A stretch of DNA of 63,980 nucleotides, filler included, from Vicugna vicugna (taxonomy: Eukaryota): NCBI GenBank assembly GCA_013265495.1. It is 82 parts of 79 records of this genome, joined end to end, with 100 filler letters (N's around TTAATTAATTAA, not from the genome) between each part and the next. Parts side by side here need not be neighbours in the genome. Positions count along the whole stretch, not along the records: positions 49,367 to 50,447 come from MU058998.1; positions 50,548 to 51,004 come from PNXW01007190.1; positions 51,105 to 51,913 come from PNXW01007196.1; positions 52,014 to 52,810 come from PNXW01007197.1; positions 52,911 to 53,849 come from MU059003.1; positions 53,950 to 54,393 come from PNXW01007213.1; positions 54,494 to 54,652 come from MU059007.1; positions 54,753 to 55,450 come from MU059007.1; 74 more parts are not named here. The stretch is one strand, 5' to 3'. The position numbers were made by a program, and so were the translations under genes. Below are positions 49,367 to 61,951 of the stretch, in pieces. Under the pieces are notes generated by a model. The model had not been told where the DNA came from. It did no database searches and saw only the letters and a list, made by a program, of their open reading frames with translations. Numbering within the stretch: the stretch's first letter is position 1; the number at the start of each line of letters is the position of its first letter.

Positions 49367-50447
49367 CTGAGCGTGGGGAGGTTACACCAACGTTCAGCAG
49401 CGCGTGGGTTCCAACGGAATGCCTAACCTCGACTCCCCTGAGGATTTTCCTAATATCTCTTTGCCAGGGAATGCTACTGGTGATTGCAGGATATCCCAGT
49501 GACGGAGGCTGCCTCCCCAATGTCAGAGAAGGTATTTCTCGGACTTCCCCGAACAGGGAACACCTGTGACTGAAGAGAGCTGCGTGGAGTTGTCTATCGA
49601 GCTCCCCCACGCACTGACAATGGTTCCGGAATCCTCAGCGTGGGGAGGTTCCACCAACGGTCGGCAGCGCGTGTGTTCAAACGGAATGCATAAGCTCGTC
49701 TCCAATGAAGATTTTCCTAATGTCTCTGTGCCATTGAATGCTGGGGGTGATTGCAGGATATCCCAGTGACGGAGGCTGCCTCCCCAATGTCAGAGAAGTT
49801 ATTTCTCGGACTTCCCCGAACAGGGAACACCTGTGACTGAAGAGAGCTGCGTGGAGTTGCCTCTCGAGCTCCCCCACGCACTGACAATGGTTCCGGAATC
49901 CTCAGCGTGNNNNNNNNNNNNNNNNNNNNNNNNNNNNNNNNNNNNNNNNNNNNNNNNNNNNNNNNNNNNNNNNNNNNNNNNNNNNNNNNNNNNNNNNNNN
50001 NNNNNNNNNNNNNNNNNNNNNNNNNNNNNNNNNNNNNNNNNNNNNNNNNNNNNNNNNNNNNNNNNNNNNNNNNNNNNNNNNNNNNNNNNNNNNNNNNNNN
50101 NNNNNNNNNNNNNNNNNNNNNNNNNNNNNNNNNNNNNNNNNNNNNNNNNNNNNNNNNNNNNNNNNNNNNNNNNNNNNNNNNNNNNNNNNNNNNNNNNNNN
50201 NNNNNNNNNNNNATGACTAAGCTCGTCTCCCCTGAGCGTTTTCCTAATGTCTCTGTGCCAGGGAATGCTAGGGGCGATTGCAGGATATCCCAGTGACAGA
50301 GGCTGCCTCCCCAAGTCCAGGGAAGGTATTTCTCGTACTTCCCCGAACAGGGAACACCTGTGACTGAAGAGAGCTGCGTGGAGTTTTCTTTCCAGCTCCC
50401 CCACGCACAGACATGGTTCCGGAAACCTGAACGTGGGGAGGTTCCAC
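49367..50447 (+). repeat. SAT-A satellite (gapped)
   Basis: GACGGAGGCT at 49501 and 49768 (period 267). Confidence 0.95.
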
Positions 50448-50547
50448 NNNNNNNNNNNNNNNNNNNNNNNNNNNNNNNNNNNNNNNNNNNNTTAATTAAT
50501 TAANNNNNNNNNNNNNNNNNNNNNNNNNNNNNNNNNNNNNNNNNNNN

Positions 50548-51004
50548 TTAGAACCCAAGCGCTGCCGACCGTTGGTGGAACCTCCCCACAGTCAGGTTTC
50601 CAGAACCATTGTCAGTGCGTGGGGGAGATAGAGAGACAATTCACGTAGCTCTCTTCATTCACAGGTGTTCCCTGTTCAGGGAAGTCCGAGAATTACTTTC
50701 CCTGAACTTGGGGAGGAAGCCTCGGTCACTGGGATATCCTGCAATCACCCCTAGCATTCCCTGGCACAGAGAAATTCGGAAAACAATCAGGGGAGACCAG
50801 CATAGACATTCCGTTAGACCCCATGCGCTGCCGACCGTTGGTGGAACCTTCCCACCCTCAGGATTCCGGAACCATTCTCAGTGCGTGGGGTAGCTCGAGA
50901 AACAACTCCACGCAGCTCTCTTCAGTCACAGGTGTTCCCTGATCGGACATATTCCCTACCCTTGGGGATGCAGCCTCGGTCAGTGGGATATCCTGCAATC
51001 ACCC
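50548..51004 (-). repeat. SAT-A satellite
   Basis: Reverse-complement SAT-A. Confidence 0.93.
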
Positions 51005-52013
51005 NNNNNNNNNNNNNNNNNNNNNNNNNNNNNNNNNNNNNNNNNNNNTTAATTAATTAANNNNNNNNNNNNNNNNNNNNNNNNNNNNNNNNNNNNNNNN
51101 NNNNCCGGCCTCTAACTCCCGACTTTTGACCGGTGTAAAATCTCCTCCATATGTGTGGTGGGCCCAAGTTGGAGTCTGCACACTGACTCTGCAGACACGA
51201 AATAATAACAAGAAAAAACTCCAAGTGCAGCCAACATGTGTTGCAGCGTCCGCCCGGTCTTCCGCGACTGAGACAATGAGATCGGGGACCAGGAAAGGGA
51301 CAGTGACCCCGTTCCTCACCAGCCCGCGCAGCACGCGTGCCCCTCGACAGAATTATTTCTCCCTCCCACAGAACCCAGAGCAAAACCCGAGCTTCTGCCC
51401 AGTTCAGAGAGACTCTGGCATGACTGGGGTCCACCCCTCTTTCCTCAGTTAGTTGAGCAGAGGGGCCCCATGCGCCCTCCATCGCCCCCTGGCGCCGGCC
51501 AAGCCCCCACCGCTAGAAACCGCTGGCTTCGCTGGCCCCTCGGAGGGTCCCGGATGCGTGTGGACCACACCCCAGCTCCTCACCTCGTATCCAGGACTCT
51601 GAAATGCGAGGCCATCTGCACCCCCCCCACCGCTGGGACAGGATGCGACCGCTCACATGTCACCCCTTGCCCAGTTGGGTCCGTCCCTCTGTCTCCCGGG
51701 GCCAGAGGATCAGGAACCCCATTTGAAAGTAGAAGCTTGGTAAACAGTGAAGGATTGGTCACAAATGCCTATAATTACCTGAGGAAAATTCTCTCCCTAA
51801 TAGCTTTTCTGCATTTATAGCAATGGTCCAATTTGAGGATAAATTCATAAGGTCTACACACTCAGTTTCAGAATCCTGCAGAAGTACCAGGCTAGGCTTC
51901 ATGTGGTGCTATGNNNNNNNNNNNNNNNNNNNNNNNNNNNNNNNNNNNNNNNNNNNNTTAATTAATTAANNNNNNNNNNNNNNNNNNNNNNNNNNNNNNN
52001 NNNNNNNNNNNNN

Positions 52014-52810
52014 GTTCCAAGGGAATGCCTGTGCTCGACTCCCCTGAGGGTTTTCCTCTTTTCTCTGCGCCAGGGAATGCTAGGGGTGGTTGCAGGAATT
52101 CCCAGGGACAGAGGCTGCCTCCCCAAGGTCAGTGAAGGTATTTCTCGGACTTCCCCGATCAAGGAACACCTGTGACTGAAGAGAGCTGCGTGGAGTTTTC
52201 TCTCGAGCTCCCCCACTCAATTACAATATTTCCGGAATCCTGAGCGTTGGGAGGTTCCACCAACGGTCGGCAGCGTGTGGGTTCTAACGGAATGCATGTG
52301 TTCGTCTCCCAGTGTTCGTCTCCCCTGATGGTTTTCCTCATTTCTCTGATCCAGGGAATGTTAGGGAGGGTTGCAGGAAATCCCAGTGTCAGAGGCTGCC
52401 TCCCCAAGGTAAGGGAATGTATTTCTCGGTCTTCCCCGAGCAGGGAACACCTGTGAATTAAGACAGCTGCGTGGAGTTTTCTCCCGAGGTCCCCCACCCC
52501 ATGACAATGGTTCCGGAATCCTGAGCTTGGGGAGGTTCCACCAACGGTCGGCAGCGTGTGGGTTCTAACGGAATGCATGTGTTCGTCTCCCCTGATGGTT
52601 TTCCTCATTTCTCTGATCCAGGGAATGTTAGGGAGGGTTGCAGGAAATCCCAGTGACAGAGGCTGCCTCCCCAAGGTAAGGGAATGTATTTCTCGGTCTT
52701 CCCCGAGCAGGGAACACCTGTGAATTAAGACAGCTGCGTGGAGTTTTCTCCCGAGGTCCCCCACCCCATGACAATGGTTCCGGAATCCTGAGCTTGGGGA
52801 GGTTCCACCA
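52014..52810 (+). repeat. SAT-A satellite, variant subfamily
   Basis: Three units; the last two are almost identical at period 267. Confidence 0.94.
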
Positions 52811-52910
52811 NNNNNNNNNNNNNNNNNNNNNNNNNNNNNNNNNNNNNNNNNNNNTTAATTAATTAANNNNNNNNNNNNNNNNNNNNNNNNNNNNNNNNNN
52901 NNNNNNNNNN

Positions 52911-53849
52911 AATTCAGAATATAGAATGTAGAACACAGAATATAGAATATAGAATGTGGAATGCAGAATATTGAATACAGAATATAGAATTTAGAACACA
53001 GAATTTAGAATATAGAGTAGAGAATACTGAATATAGAATTTAGAATATAGAATGTAGAACACAGAATATAGAATATAGAATGTGGAATGCAGAATATTGA
53101 ATACAGAATATAGAATTTAGAACACAGAATTTAGAATATAGAGTAGAGAATACTGAATATAGAATTTAGAATATAGAATGTAGAACACAGAATATAGAAT
53201 ATAGAATGTGGAATGCAGAATATTGAATACAGAATATAGAATTTAGAACACAGAATTTAGAATATAGAGTAGAGAATACTGAATATAGAATTTAGAATAT
53301 ACAATGTAGAACACAGAATACAGAAAATAGAATACAGAATGCAGAATATAGAATACAGATGTTAGAATATAGAACACAGAATATAGAATATGGAAAACAG
53401 AATACAAAACCCAGAATTTAGAACATGGAATGAAGAACACAGAATTAAGAATATAGAATTCAGAATACTGAAAAAAGATTTTAGAATATANNNNNNNNNN
53501 NNNNNNNNNNNNNNNNNNNNNNNNNNNNNNNNNNNNNNNNNNNNNNNNNNNNNNNNNNNNNNNNNNNNNNNNNNNNNNNNNTATAGAATATATAAAAGTG
53601 AATATAGAACCCAGAACTTAGAACTCGGAAAGCATAACACAGAATTTAGAATATAGAATACAGTATAATTAATATAAAATATAGAATGCAGAATGTTGAA
53701 CACAAATTATAGAATATAGAATATAGAATATATAACCCAGAATTAAGAACATGGAATGTAGAACACAGAATTTAGAATATAGAATACAGAATACTGAATT
53801 TCGAATTTAGAATATAGAATGTAGAACACAGAATATAGAATATAGACTA
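52911..53849 (+). repeat. SAT-E with a 126-bp higher-order unit
   Basis: Units start at 52916, 53042, 53168 and 53294. Confidence 0.93.
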
Positions 53850-53949
53850 NNNNNNNNNNNNNNNNNNNNNNNNNNNNNNNNNNNNNNNNNNNNTTAATTA
53901 ATTAANNNNNNNNNNNNNNNNNNNNNNNNNNNNNNNNNNNNNNNNNNNN

Positions 53950-54393
53950 TCCCCATGCTCAGGATTCCGGAAACATTTTGATTGAGTGGGGGAGCACGAG
54001 AGACTTCTCCACGCAGCTCTCTTCAGTGACAGGTGTTCCCTGTTCGGGGAGTTCCGTGTAATAAATTCCCTGAACTTAGGGAAGCAGCCTCTGTCACTGC
54101 GATTTCATGCAACACTCCCTAGCATTCCCTGGCAGAGAGACATGAGGAAAACCCTCAGGGGAGGCGAGCAAGGCATTCCCTTAGAACCCACGCGCTGCCG
54201 ACCGTTGGTGGAACCTCCCCACCATCAGGTTTCCGGAAAAAAAGTCATTGAGTGGGGGAGCTCGAGAGACAACTCTTCGCAGCTCTCTTCAGTCACAGGT
54301 GTTCCCTCCTAGAGGAAGTCCGAAGAATACCTTCCCTGAACTGGCGGCGGCAGCCTCTGTCACTGGGAATTCCTGCAACCCCCCTAGCATTCC
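53950..54393 (-). repeat. SAT-A satellite
   Basis: Reverse-complement SAT-A. Confidence 0.93.
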
Positions 54394-54493
54394 NNNNNNN
54401 NNNNNNNNNNNNNNNNNNNNNNNNNNNNNNNNNNNNNTTAATTAATTAANNNNNNNNNNNNNNNNNNNNNNNNNNNNNNNNNNNNNNNNNNNN

Positions 54494-54652
54494 CTAGCAT
54501 ACCCTGGCACAGACACATTTGGAAAACCCTCAGGGGAGGCGAGATAAGGCATTCCGTTAGTACCCACGCGCTGCCGACCGTTGGTGGAACCTCCCCACGG
54601 TCAGGATTCCGGAACAATTGTCAGTGCGTGGGGGAGCTCGAGAGACAACTCC
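54494..54652 (-). repeat. SAT-A partial unit
   Basis: Reverse-complement SAT-A. Confidence 0.92.
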
Positions 54653-54752
54653 NNNNNNNNNNNNNNNNNNNNNNNNNNNNNNNNNNNNNNNNNNNNTTAA
54701 TTAATTAANNNNNNNNNNNNNNNNNNNNNNNNNNNNNNNNNNNNNNNNNNNN

Positions 54753-55450
54753 ATTTGTCAGTGCGTTTGGGAGCACGAGAGACAACTCCACGCAGCTCTC
54801 TTCAGTCACAGGAGTTCACTGTTCAGGGAAATCCGAGAATTAACTTCCCTGACCTTGGGGAGGCAGCCTCTGTCACTGGGATATCCTGCAAACCCCCCTA
54901 GCATTCCCTGGCACAGGGACATTAGGAAAACCCTCAGGGGAGACGAGCTTAGGCTTTCCGTTAGAACCTACGCACTGCCGACCGTTGGTGTAACCTCCCC
55001 ACGATCAGGATTCCGGAACATTTGTCAGTGCGTTTGGGAGCACGAGAGACAACTCCACACAGCTCTCTTCAGTCACAGGAGTTCACTGTTCAGGGAAATC
55101 CGAGAATTAACTTCCCTGACCTTGGGGAGGCAGCCTCTGTCACTGGGATATCCTGCAAACCCCCCTAGCATTCCCTGGCACAGGGACATTAGGAAAACCC
55201 TCAGGGAAGAAGAGCTNNNNNNNNNNNNNNNNNNNNNNNNNNNNNNNNNNNNNNNNNNNNNNNNNNNNNNNNNNNNNNNNNNNNNNNNNNNNNNNNNNNN
55301 NNNNNNNNNNNNNNNNNNNNNNNNNNNNNNNCACAGGTGTTTTCGGGGAATTCCGAGAAAAACCTTCCCTGACCTTGGGGAGACGGCCTTTCTCCAAGAG
55401 ATATCCTGCAAAACCCCCAAGCATTCTCTGGCACAGAGACATTAGGAAAA
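54753..55450 (-). repeat. SAT-A satellite
   Basis: ATTTGTCAGTGCGTTTGGG at 54753 and 55020 (period 267). Confidence 0.95.
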
Positions 55451-55857
55451 NNNNNNNNNNNNNNNNNNNNNNNNNNNNNNNNNNNNNNNNNNNNTTAATT
55501 AATTAANNNNNNNNNNNNNNNNNNNNNNNNNNNNNNNNNNNNNNNNNNNNGTAGCTGCTGGCAGGTCCCCATGTCTCACGTGGGAAAATCTGAAATATCA
55601 TTCTCACTACTCAGAGTCATCATAAGCCCACCCCACCCATCCTGCTGTTAAATGCAGGAGCACAGACAGGGCCCGGCCTTTCCTGTCTCTGTGGTCAACA
55701 CAGTGAGACAGGATGGAAGGGGGCAGAGCACAGCCATTTAAGTAAGGCCACAGCAATTAACAACAAAATGGGGAAGGATTCAACCCCCAATAGGCCTTGA
55801 GGCTCAGGATGAAGAGATTTAACTTCTAGCAGATCTTAAGCTTCAGTAAACACCCAT

Positions 55858-56145
55858 TGTAATAGTAACATGGTGAATAACATGNNNNNNNNNNNNNNNN
55901 NNNNNNNNNNNNNNNNNNNNNNNNNNNNNNNNNNNNNNNNNNNNNNNNNNNNNNNNNNNNNNNNNNNNNNNNNNNNNNNNNNNNNNNNNNNNNNNNNNNN
56001 NNNNNNNNNNNNNNNNNNNNNNNNNNNNNNNNNNNNNNNNNCTCGCGGTCACTCTCACCCTCTTCGGAGAAGACCCACACTCAGTCTGTGGAGTGTGTAT
56101 CTACCTTTAATCTGAGCATCAAACCCCCACACCTCGTGACGTTTC
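55858..56145 (+). mobile_element. Possible ERV LTR fragment (gapped)
   Basis: A TGTAATAG start before the gap, and an LTR R-like tract (ctctcaccctcttcggagaagacccacactcagtctgtggagtgtgtatct) after it. Confidence 0.35.
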
Positions 56146-56245
56146 NNNNNNNNNNNNNNNNNNNNNNNNNNNNNNNNNNNNNNNNNNNNTTAATTAATTA
56201 ANNNNNNNNNNNNNNNNNNNNNNNNNNNNNNNNNNNNNNNNNNNN

Positions 56246-57054
56246 TTCTGACTTGTGAGCATGTGGATTACAAATCTTTCACCCTCCGAAGAAGGCGTAT
56301 ATAGTCTTAGCATTATTTACTAGGACTTCATAGGTTTTCCTTATCACCAGGTTCTAAAATCGGACATTTTGCACCAGAAAACACTCTTTATGCGAATTCT
56401 CACCAATACACATGTAATTTACATTGTTTACATAACCATGGAATTCCGTATTACGAACATGTTTCATGCATCACGGATTCCTCAAACATGCATTTCTGAG
56501 TTGTGAACATGCGCATGACTGATGTTTCAAACACCAAACAAGTTACATATGCACTCTGAAATAAATACTTTGACTTTGTAGCTTCTTCCTATCACCAGTT
56601 TCAAGAATCAGAATTTGATCCCACAAAAACTCTCTTTTAGCGAATACTTCCCTAGAGAAATGTAATTTGAATAGATACCATCTACATGATATTCCGTGTT
56701 CCGTACATGCTACATTCATGACGGATTCGACAAATGTACATTCCTGAGTTGAGGTCATCTGGATTACTAATATTTCCTCCTCTATAAAAGTAATATTTTC
56801 TTCTAGACACGTGTACACATTTTTACAAGCTTTCCCTAACACCAAATTCTTATTCGTACTATTTTCACAGAAACATATTTCTGGAGCTTTTTCCACCTAA
56901 CAGATATGTAATTTACATGAATTCCTTCAACATGGCATTCCGGGTTCCGTACATGCTAGATGTATTACGGATTCGGCATTCATAAAACTATTTTCACAGA
57001 AACATATTTCTGGAGCTTTTTCCACCTAACAGATATGTAATTTACATGAATTCC
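56246..57054 (-). repeat. SAT-D: complete trimer
   Basis: Monomers a, b and c in reverse complement. Confidence 0.92.
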
Positions 57055-57154
57055 NNNNNNNNNNNNNNNNNNNNNNNNNNNNNNNNNNNNNNNNNNNNTT
57101 AATTAATTAANNNNNNNNNNNNNNNNNNNNNNNNNNNNNNNNNNNNNNNNNNNN

Positions 57155-57930
57155 GCGTATTCCAGGGGGCAAAGGTTTTCCCTTGTTGGGGGTTGTTGGA
57201 TAAACACCTCAACTCCCCATGGAGAGGCACTCACTAATACTTGGATTTAGAGCCCAAATCCCACTTTGAACCGCACTCCAGCTTATGCAATCCATCAGGG
57301 AAGAGAAGCTTAAGGATTCTACTAGAACCCTGGCACTGCTCTCAGTTGGAGGAACTTTCCCACTCTCAGAATTCCAGAAGCCAACCTTGTGTGGCGGGGA
57401 GATGTGGAGCCACAATCCAAGTAGATGAATGGGGTCACACTTTTTCCCATTAGGGAGAAGTCCTCTAAATAATTCCATATTCCATCGGGGGGCAGTTGCT
57501 GCTACTTGGCCTCCAAACCAAACTCCCAGATTTCCCTCTCAGCCCGGCATAGGGACACACTCAAGGAATACAAGCTAAGGGATTCTATTAGAACCCAGGC
57601 GCTGCTGTCATTTGGAGGAGCCTCCCCACAATCAGGATACCTGAGCACGTCTCCGTGTGTGTGCTGGAGGTGGGGAATCAGAGTCCACGCATCTTTATGT
57701 GTGCGCAGGTTTTCCAGGCGCAGGTTTTCCAAGGTTGTGGAAGAAGTTTCAAATCCTCCACAGCCCAAAGTGATGCACTCGCTTATTCTTCGCTTTAGAG
57801 CCCATTCCCCACCATCGCTCACTGCTAGGTCTAGGAAAAAACTTAGGGAAGTCAAGCTGAGTAGTTCTATTAGAACGCAGGCGCTGCTGTCAGTTGGTGG
57901 ATCTTCCAAACACTGAGGATTCCGGATCCC
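57155..57930 (-). repeat. SAT-C satellite (Q-P-Q)
   Basis: TAGAACCCAGGCGCTGCTGTCA-like anchor occurs three times. Confidence 0.9.
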
Positions 57931-58030
57931 NNNNNNNNNNNNNNNNNNNNNNNNNNNNNNNNNNNNNNNNNNNNTTAATTAATTAANNNNNNNNNNNNNN
58001 NNNNNNNNNNNNNNNNNNNNNNNNNNNNNN

Positions 58031-58885
58031 AAGATTTTTTCTATCACCAGTTTCTAAAATCGGACTTTTGGCACCCGAAAAAACTCTTTGAGCTAATTCT
58101 AACCAATACACATGTAAGTTACATTGTTTACATAACCGTGGCATTCCGTATTCGGAACGTGTTTCATGAATCATGGATTCCTCAAACATGCATTTCTGAG
58201 TTGTGAACATGCGCATGACTGATATTTCAAANNNNNNNNNNNNNNNNNNNNNNNNNNNNNNNNNNNNNNNNNNNNNNNNNNNNNNNNNNNNNNNNNNNNN
58301 NNNNNNNNNNNNNNNNNNNNNNNNNNNNNNNNNNNNNNNNNNNNNNNNNNNNNNNNNNNNNNNNNNNNNNNNNNNNNNNNNNNNNNNNNNNNNNNNNNNN
58401 NNNNNNNNNNNNNNNNNNNNNNNNNNNNNNNNNNNNNNNNNNNNNNNNNNNNNNNNNNNNNNNNNNNNNNNNNNNNNNNNNNNNNNNNNNNNNNNNNNNN
58501 NNNNNNNNNNNNNNNNNNNNNNNNNNNNNNNNNNNNNNNNNNNNNNNNNNNNNNNNNNNNNNNNNNNNNNNNNNNNNNNNNNNNNNNNNNNNNNNNNNNN
58601 NNNNNNNNNNNNNNNNNNNNNNNNNNNNNNNNNNNNNNNNNNNNNNNNNNNNNNNNNNNNNNNNNNNNNNNNNNNNNNNNNNNNNNNNNNNNNNNNNNNN
58701 NNNTTCTGAGTTGTGAGCACGTGGATTACTGACCTTTCATCCAACAAACAAGGCATATATACACTTAGAAATATTTGCTCTGATTTCATACGTTTTTTCT
58801 ATCAACAGCTTCTAAAATCAGACATTTGGCACCAGAAAAAACCCTTTGAGCGTATTCTCACCAATACACATGTAATTTACATTGT
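58031..58885 (-). repeat. SAT-D satellite (gapped)
   Basis: Monomer c sequence on both sides of the gap. Confidence 0.88.
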
Positions 58886-58985
58886 NNNNNNNNNNNNNNN
58901 NNNNNNNNNNNNNNNNNNNNNNNNNNNNNTTAATTAATTAANNNNNNNNNNNNNNNNNNNNNNNNNNNNNNNNNNNNNNNNNNNN

Positions 58986-59942
58986 TCCATCAACATGTCA
59001 TTCCGGGTTCAGTACATGCTACATGCATGAAGGATTAGGCAATTATGCGTTTCTGACTTGTGAGAATGTGGATTACTGATCTTTCATCCACCAAACAAGG
59101 TGTATATATACTTAGAAATATTTACTTTGACTTCATAGGTTTTTCCTATCACCAGGATCTAAAATTGGACATTTGGCACCAGAAAACACTCTCTGAGCGA
59201 ATTCTCACGAATACATATGTAATTTAAATTGTTTACCTAACCATGGCATTCCGAATCACGAACATGTTGCATGCATCAAGGATACCACAAACATGCACTT
59301 CTGAGTTGTGAACATGTGCATGACTGATGTTATAAACACCAAACAAGTTACATATGCACTCTGAAATATTTACTTTGACTTTGTAGCTTCTTCCTATCAC
59401 CAGTTTCAATACTCACANNNNNNNNNNNNNNNNNNNNNNNNNNNNNNNNNNNNNNNNNNNNNNNNNNNNNNNNNNNNNNNNNNNNNNNNNNNNNNNNNNN
59501 NNNNGTATATGCTACATACATGACGGATTCGAAAAACATGCATTCCTGATCGGAGAGCATGTGGATGATTAATCTTTCATCCTCTATAAAAGGAATATTT
59601 TCATCTAGACACGTGTACACATTTTCACAATCTTTCCCAAAAACCAGTTTCGAATTCATGCATTTTTCACAGAAAAATACTTCTTCAGCGATTTTCAGCT
59701 AACAGATATGTAATTTACATGAATTCCATCAACATGGAATTCCGGGTTCCGTATATGCTACATGCATGAAGGATTAGGCAATCATGCGTTTCTGACTTGT
59801 GAGCATGTGGATTACTGACCTTTCACCCACCAAACGAGACGTATATTCACTTAGAAATATTTAGACTGACTTCATAAGGTTTTCCTATCACCAGTTAATA
59901 CAATCGGACTTTAGCACCAGAAAAATCTCTTTGAGCGTATTC
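58986..59942 (-). repeat. SAT-D satellite, more than one trimer
   Basis: TCCATCAACATG at 58986 and 59725 (739 bp, across a short gap). Confidence 0.92.
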
Positions 59943-60799
59943 NNNNNNNNNNNNNNNNNNNNNNNNNNNNNNNNNNNNNNNNNNNNTTAATTAATTAANN
60001 NNNNNNNNNNNNNNNNNNNNNNNNNNNNNNNNNNNNNNNNNNGTGCTGTGCTTACTGTGCTGGTATCCAAGTTAGACAAGGAAAGGGAATACACAGAATA
60101 CATCTGGATGAGGTGGTATCTGTGCTGAGACTGGGAAAGTCTAAGTTTGAAAAAGCAGGACACCCAAAATAAAAGGATGAGCTGTAGCAAAATTGGTGAG
60201 GTTTCATATAACACAGTTGACCAGAATTTGCCTGGATGAATCTCCAGTTACAGAGAAACATAAAGATATGCCAAGGTAGTCAGATGCCAGATTTATAAAA
60301 AATGACTAAACTAAGTTGAGTTTGTGTGCTTAGAGTTGGAAAGGCATTAAGTGCCACCCTGAGGACGTAAGCTTGTCTTTGGCTTGAACATAAAAGCAAC
60401 ATAAAGTATCGACTAGAAAATATAGTGTAGAATCTTGAGGGCAGGAAATGAAAGCACCAATTGGAATGCTTTGAGAGCAGCACAAAGAACACCATAGATA
60501 AAATTACTTCTTAAATTCTACCNNNNNNNNNNNNNNNNNNNNNNNNNNNNNNNNNNNNNNNNNNNNTTAATTAATTAANNNNNNNNNNNNNNNNNNNNNN
60601 NNNNNNNNNNNNNNNNNNNNNNTTTGGGTAAAGAACTTACTCTGTAGTTGTCTTTAAGGACTTTGGGAAAATAATAAAAAAGAATATTGAGATGATAATG
60701 ACTATGATGTACGTGTGTAGGCAGCATTCAGTGTTTGACCTTTATTTGGCCATTTGACCTAGAGAGTAAACCTAAGAGATCAAGATTATTTGTTGAGCC

Positions 60800-60875
60800 T
60801 TGGGGAAGTAGGGGATTGGCCCAGCTTCACACAGCTTATTAGTAATAAAGCCATTATTCAACCCCAGGTCATCAT
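60800..60875. mobile_element. MIR core remnant
   Basis: ttggcccagcttcacacagcttattagtaataaagcc...attcaaccccaggtc. Confidence 0.4.
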
Positions 60876-60915
60876 TAGAAAGACTGCAACAAAGCAAACC
60901 ATAAGAATAGGGGCA

Positions 60916-61281
60916 TACACTCCATACACAAAACTAAACTCAAAATGCCTTGAAGACTTAAATATGAGACAAGACACGGTAAGTCTCCTAGAAGAAAACA
61001 TAGGCAAAACATTCTCTGACATAAATCTTAGCAATGTTCTCCTAGGGCAGTCTACCCAGGTAATAGAAATAAGAGCAAAAATAAACAAATGGGACCTAAT
61101 TAAACTNNNNNNNNNNNNNNNNNNNNNNNNNNNNNNNNNNNNNNNNNNNNNNNNNNNNNNNNNNNNNNNNNNNNNNNNNNNNNNNNNNNNNNNNNNNNNN
61201 NNNNNNNNNNNNNNNNNNNNNNNNNNNAGACAATTTAATAACAAAAAAACCCCAAACAACCCAATCCAAAAATGGGCAGAA
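60916..61281 (+). mobile_element. 5'-truncated LINE-1 ORF2 3' fragment
   Basis: [35 protein letters not shown]...KINKWDLIK...NNPIQKWAE. Confidence 0.93.
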
Positions 61282-61381
61282 NNNNNNNNNNNNNNNNNNN
61301 NNNNNNNNNNNNNNNNNNNNNNNNNTTAATTAATTAANNNNNNNNNNNNNNNNNNNNNNNNNNNNNNNNNNNNNNNNNNNN

Positions 61382-61851
61382 ATTTTAGAAACTATTGATT
61401 GAAAAAATCTATGAAGTCAGAGTAAACACTACTAAGTATATATATGCCTTGTTTGGTGGATGAAAGATTTGTAATCCACGTGCTCACAACTCAGAAACGC
61501 ATGTTTGCCGAATCCGTCATGCATGTAGCATGTACGGAACCCGGAATGCCATGTTGATGAAATTCATGTTAATTACATATNNNNNNNNNNNNNNNNNNNN
61601 NNNNNNNNNNNNNNNNNNNNNNNNNNNNNNNNNNNNNNNNNNNNNNNNNNNNNNNNNNNNNNNNNNNNNNNNNNNNNNNNNNNNNNNNNNNNNNNNNNNN
61701 NNNNNNNNNNNNNNNNNNNNNNNNNNNNNNNNNNNNNNNNNNNNNNNNNNNNNNNNNNNNNNNNNNNNNNNNNNNNNNNNNNNNNCGACCACGGAATATC
61801 ATGTAGATGGAATCTTTTCAAATTAAATCTCTCTAGGGTAGAATTCACTCC
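61382..61851 (+). repeat. SAT-D satellite (gapped)
   Basis: Monomers in c-a-b order. Confidence 0.89.
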
Positions 61852-61951
61852 NNNNNNNNNNNNNNNNNNNNNNNNNNNNNNNNNNNNNNNNNNNNTTAAT
61901 TAATTAANNNNNNNNNNNNNNNNNNNNNNNNNNNNNNNNNNNNNNNNNNNN

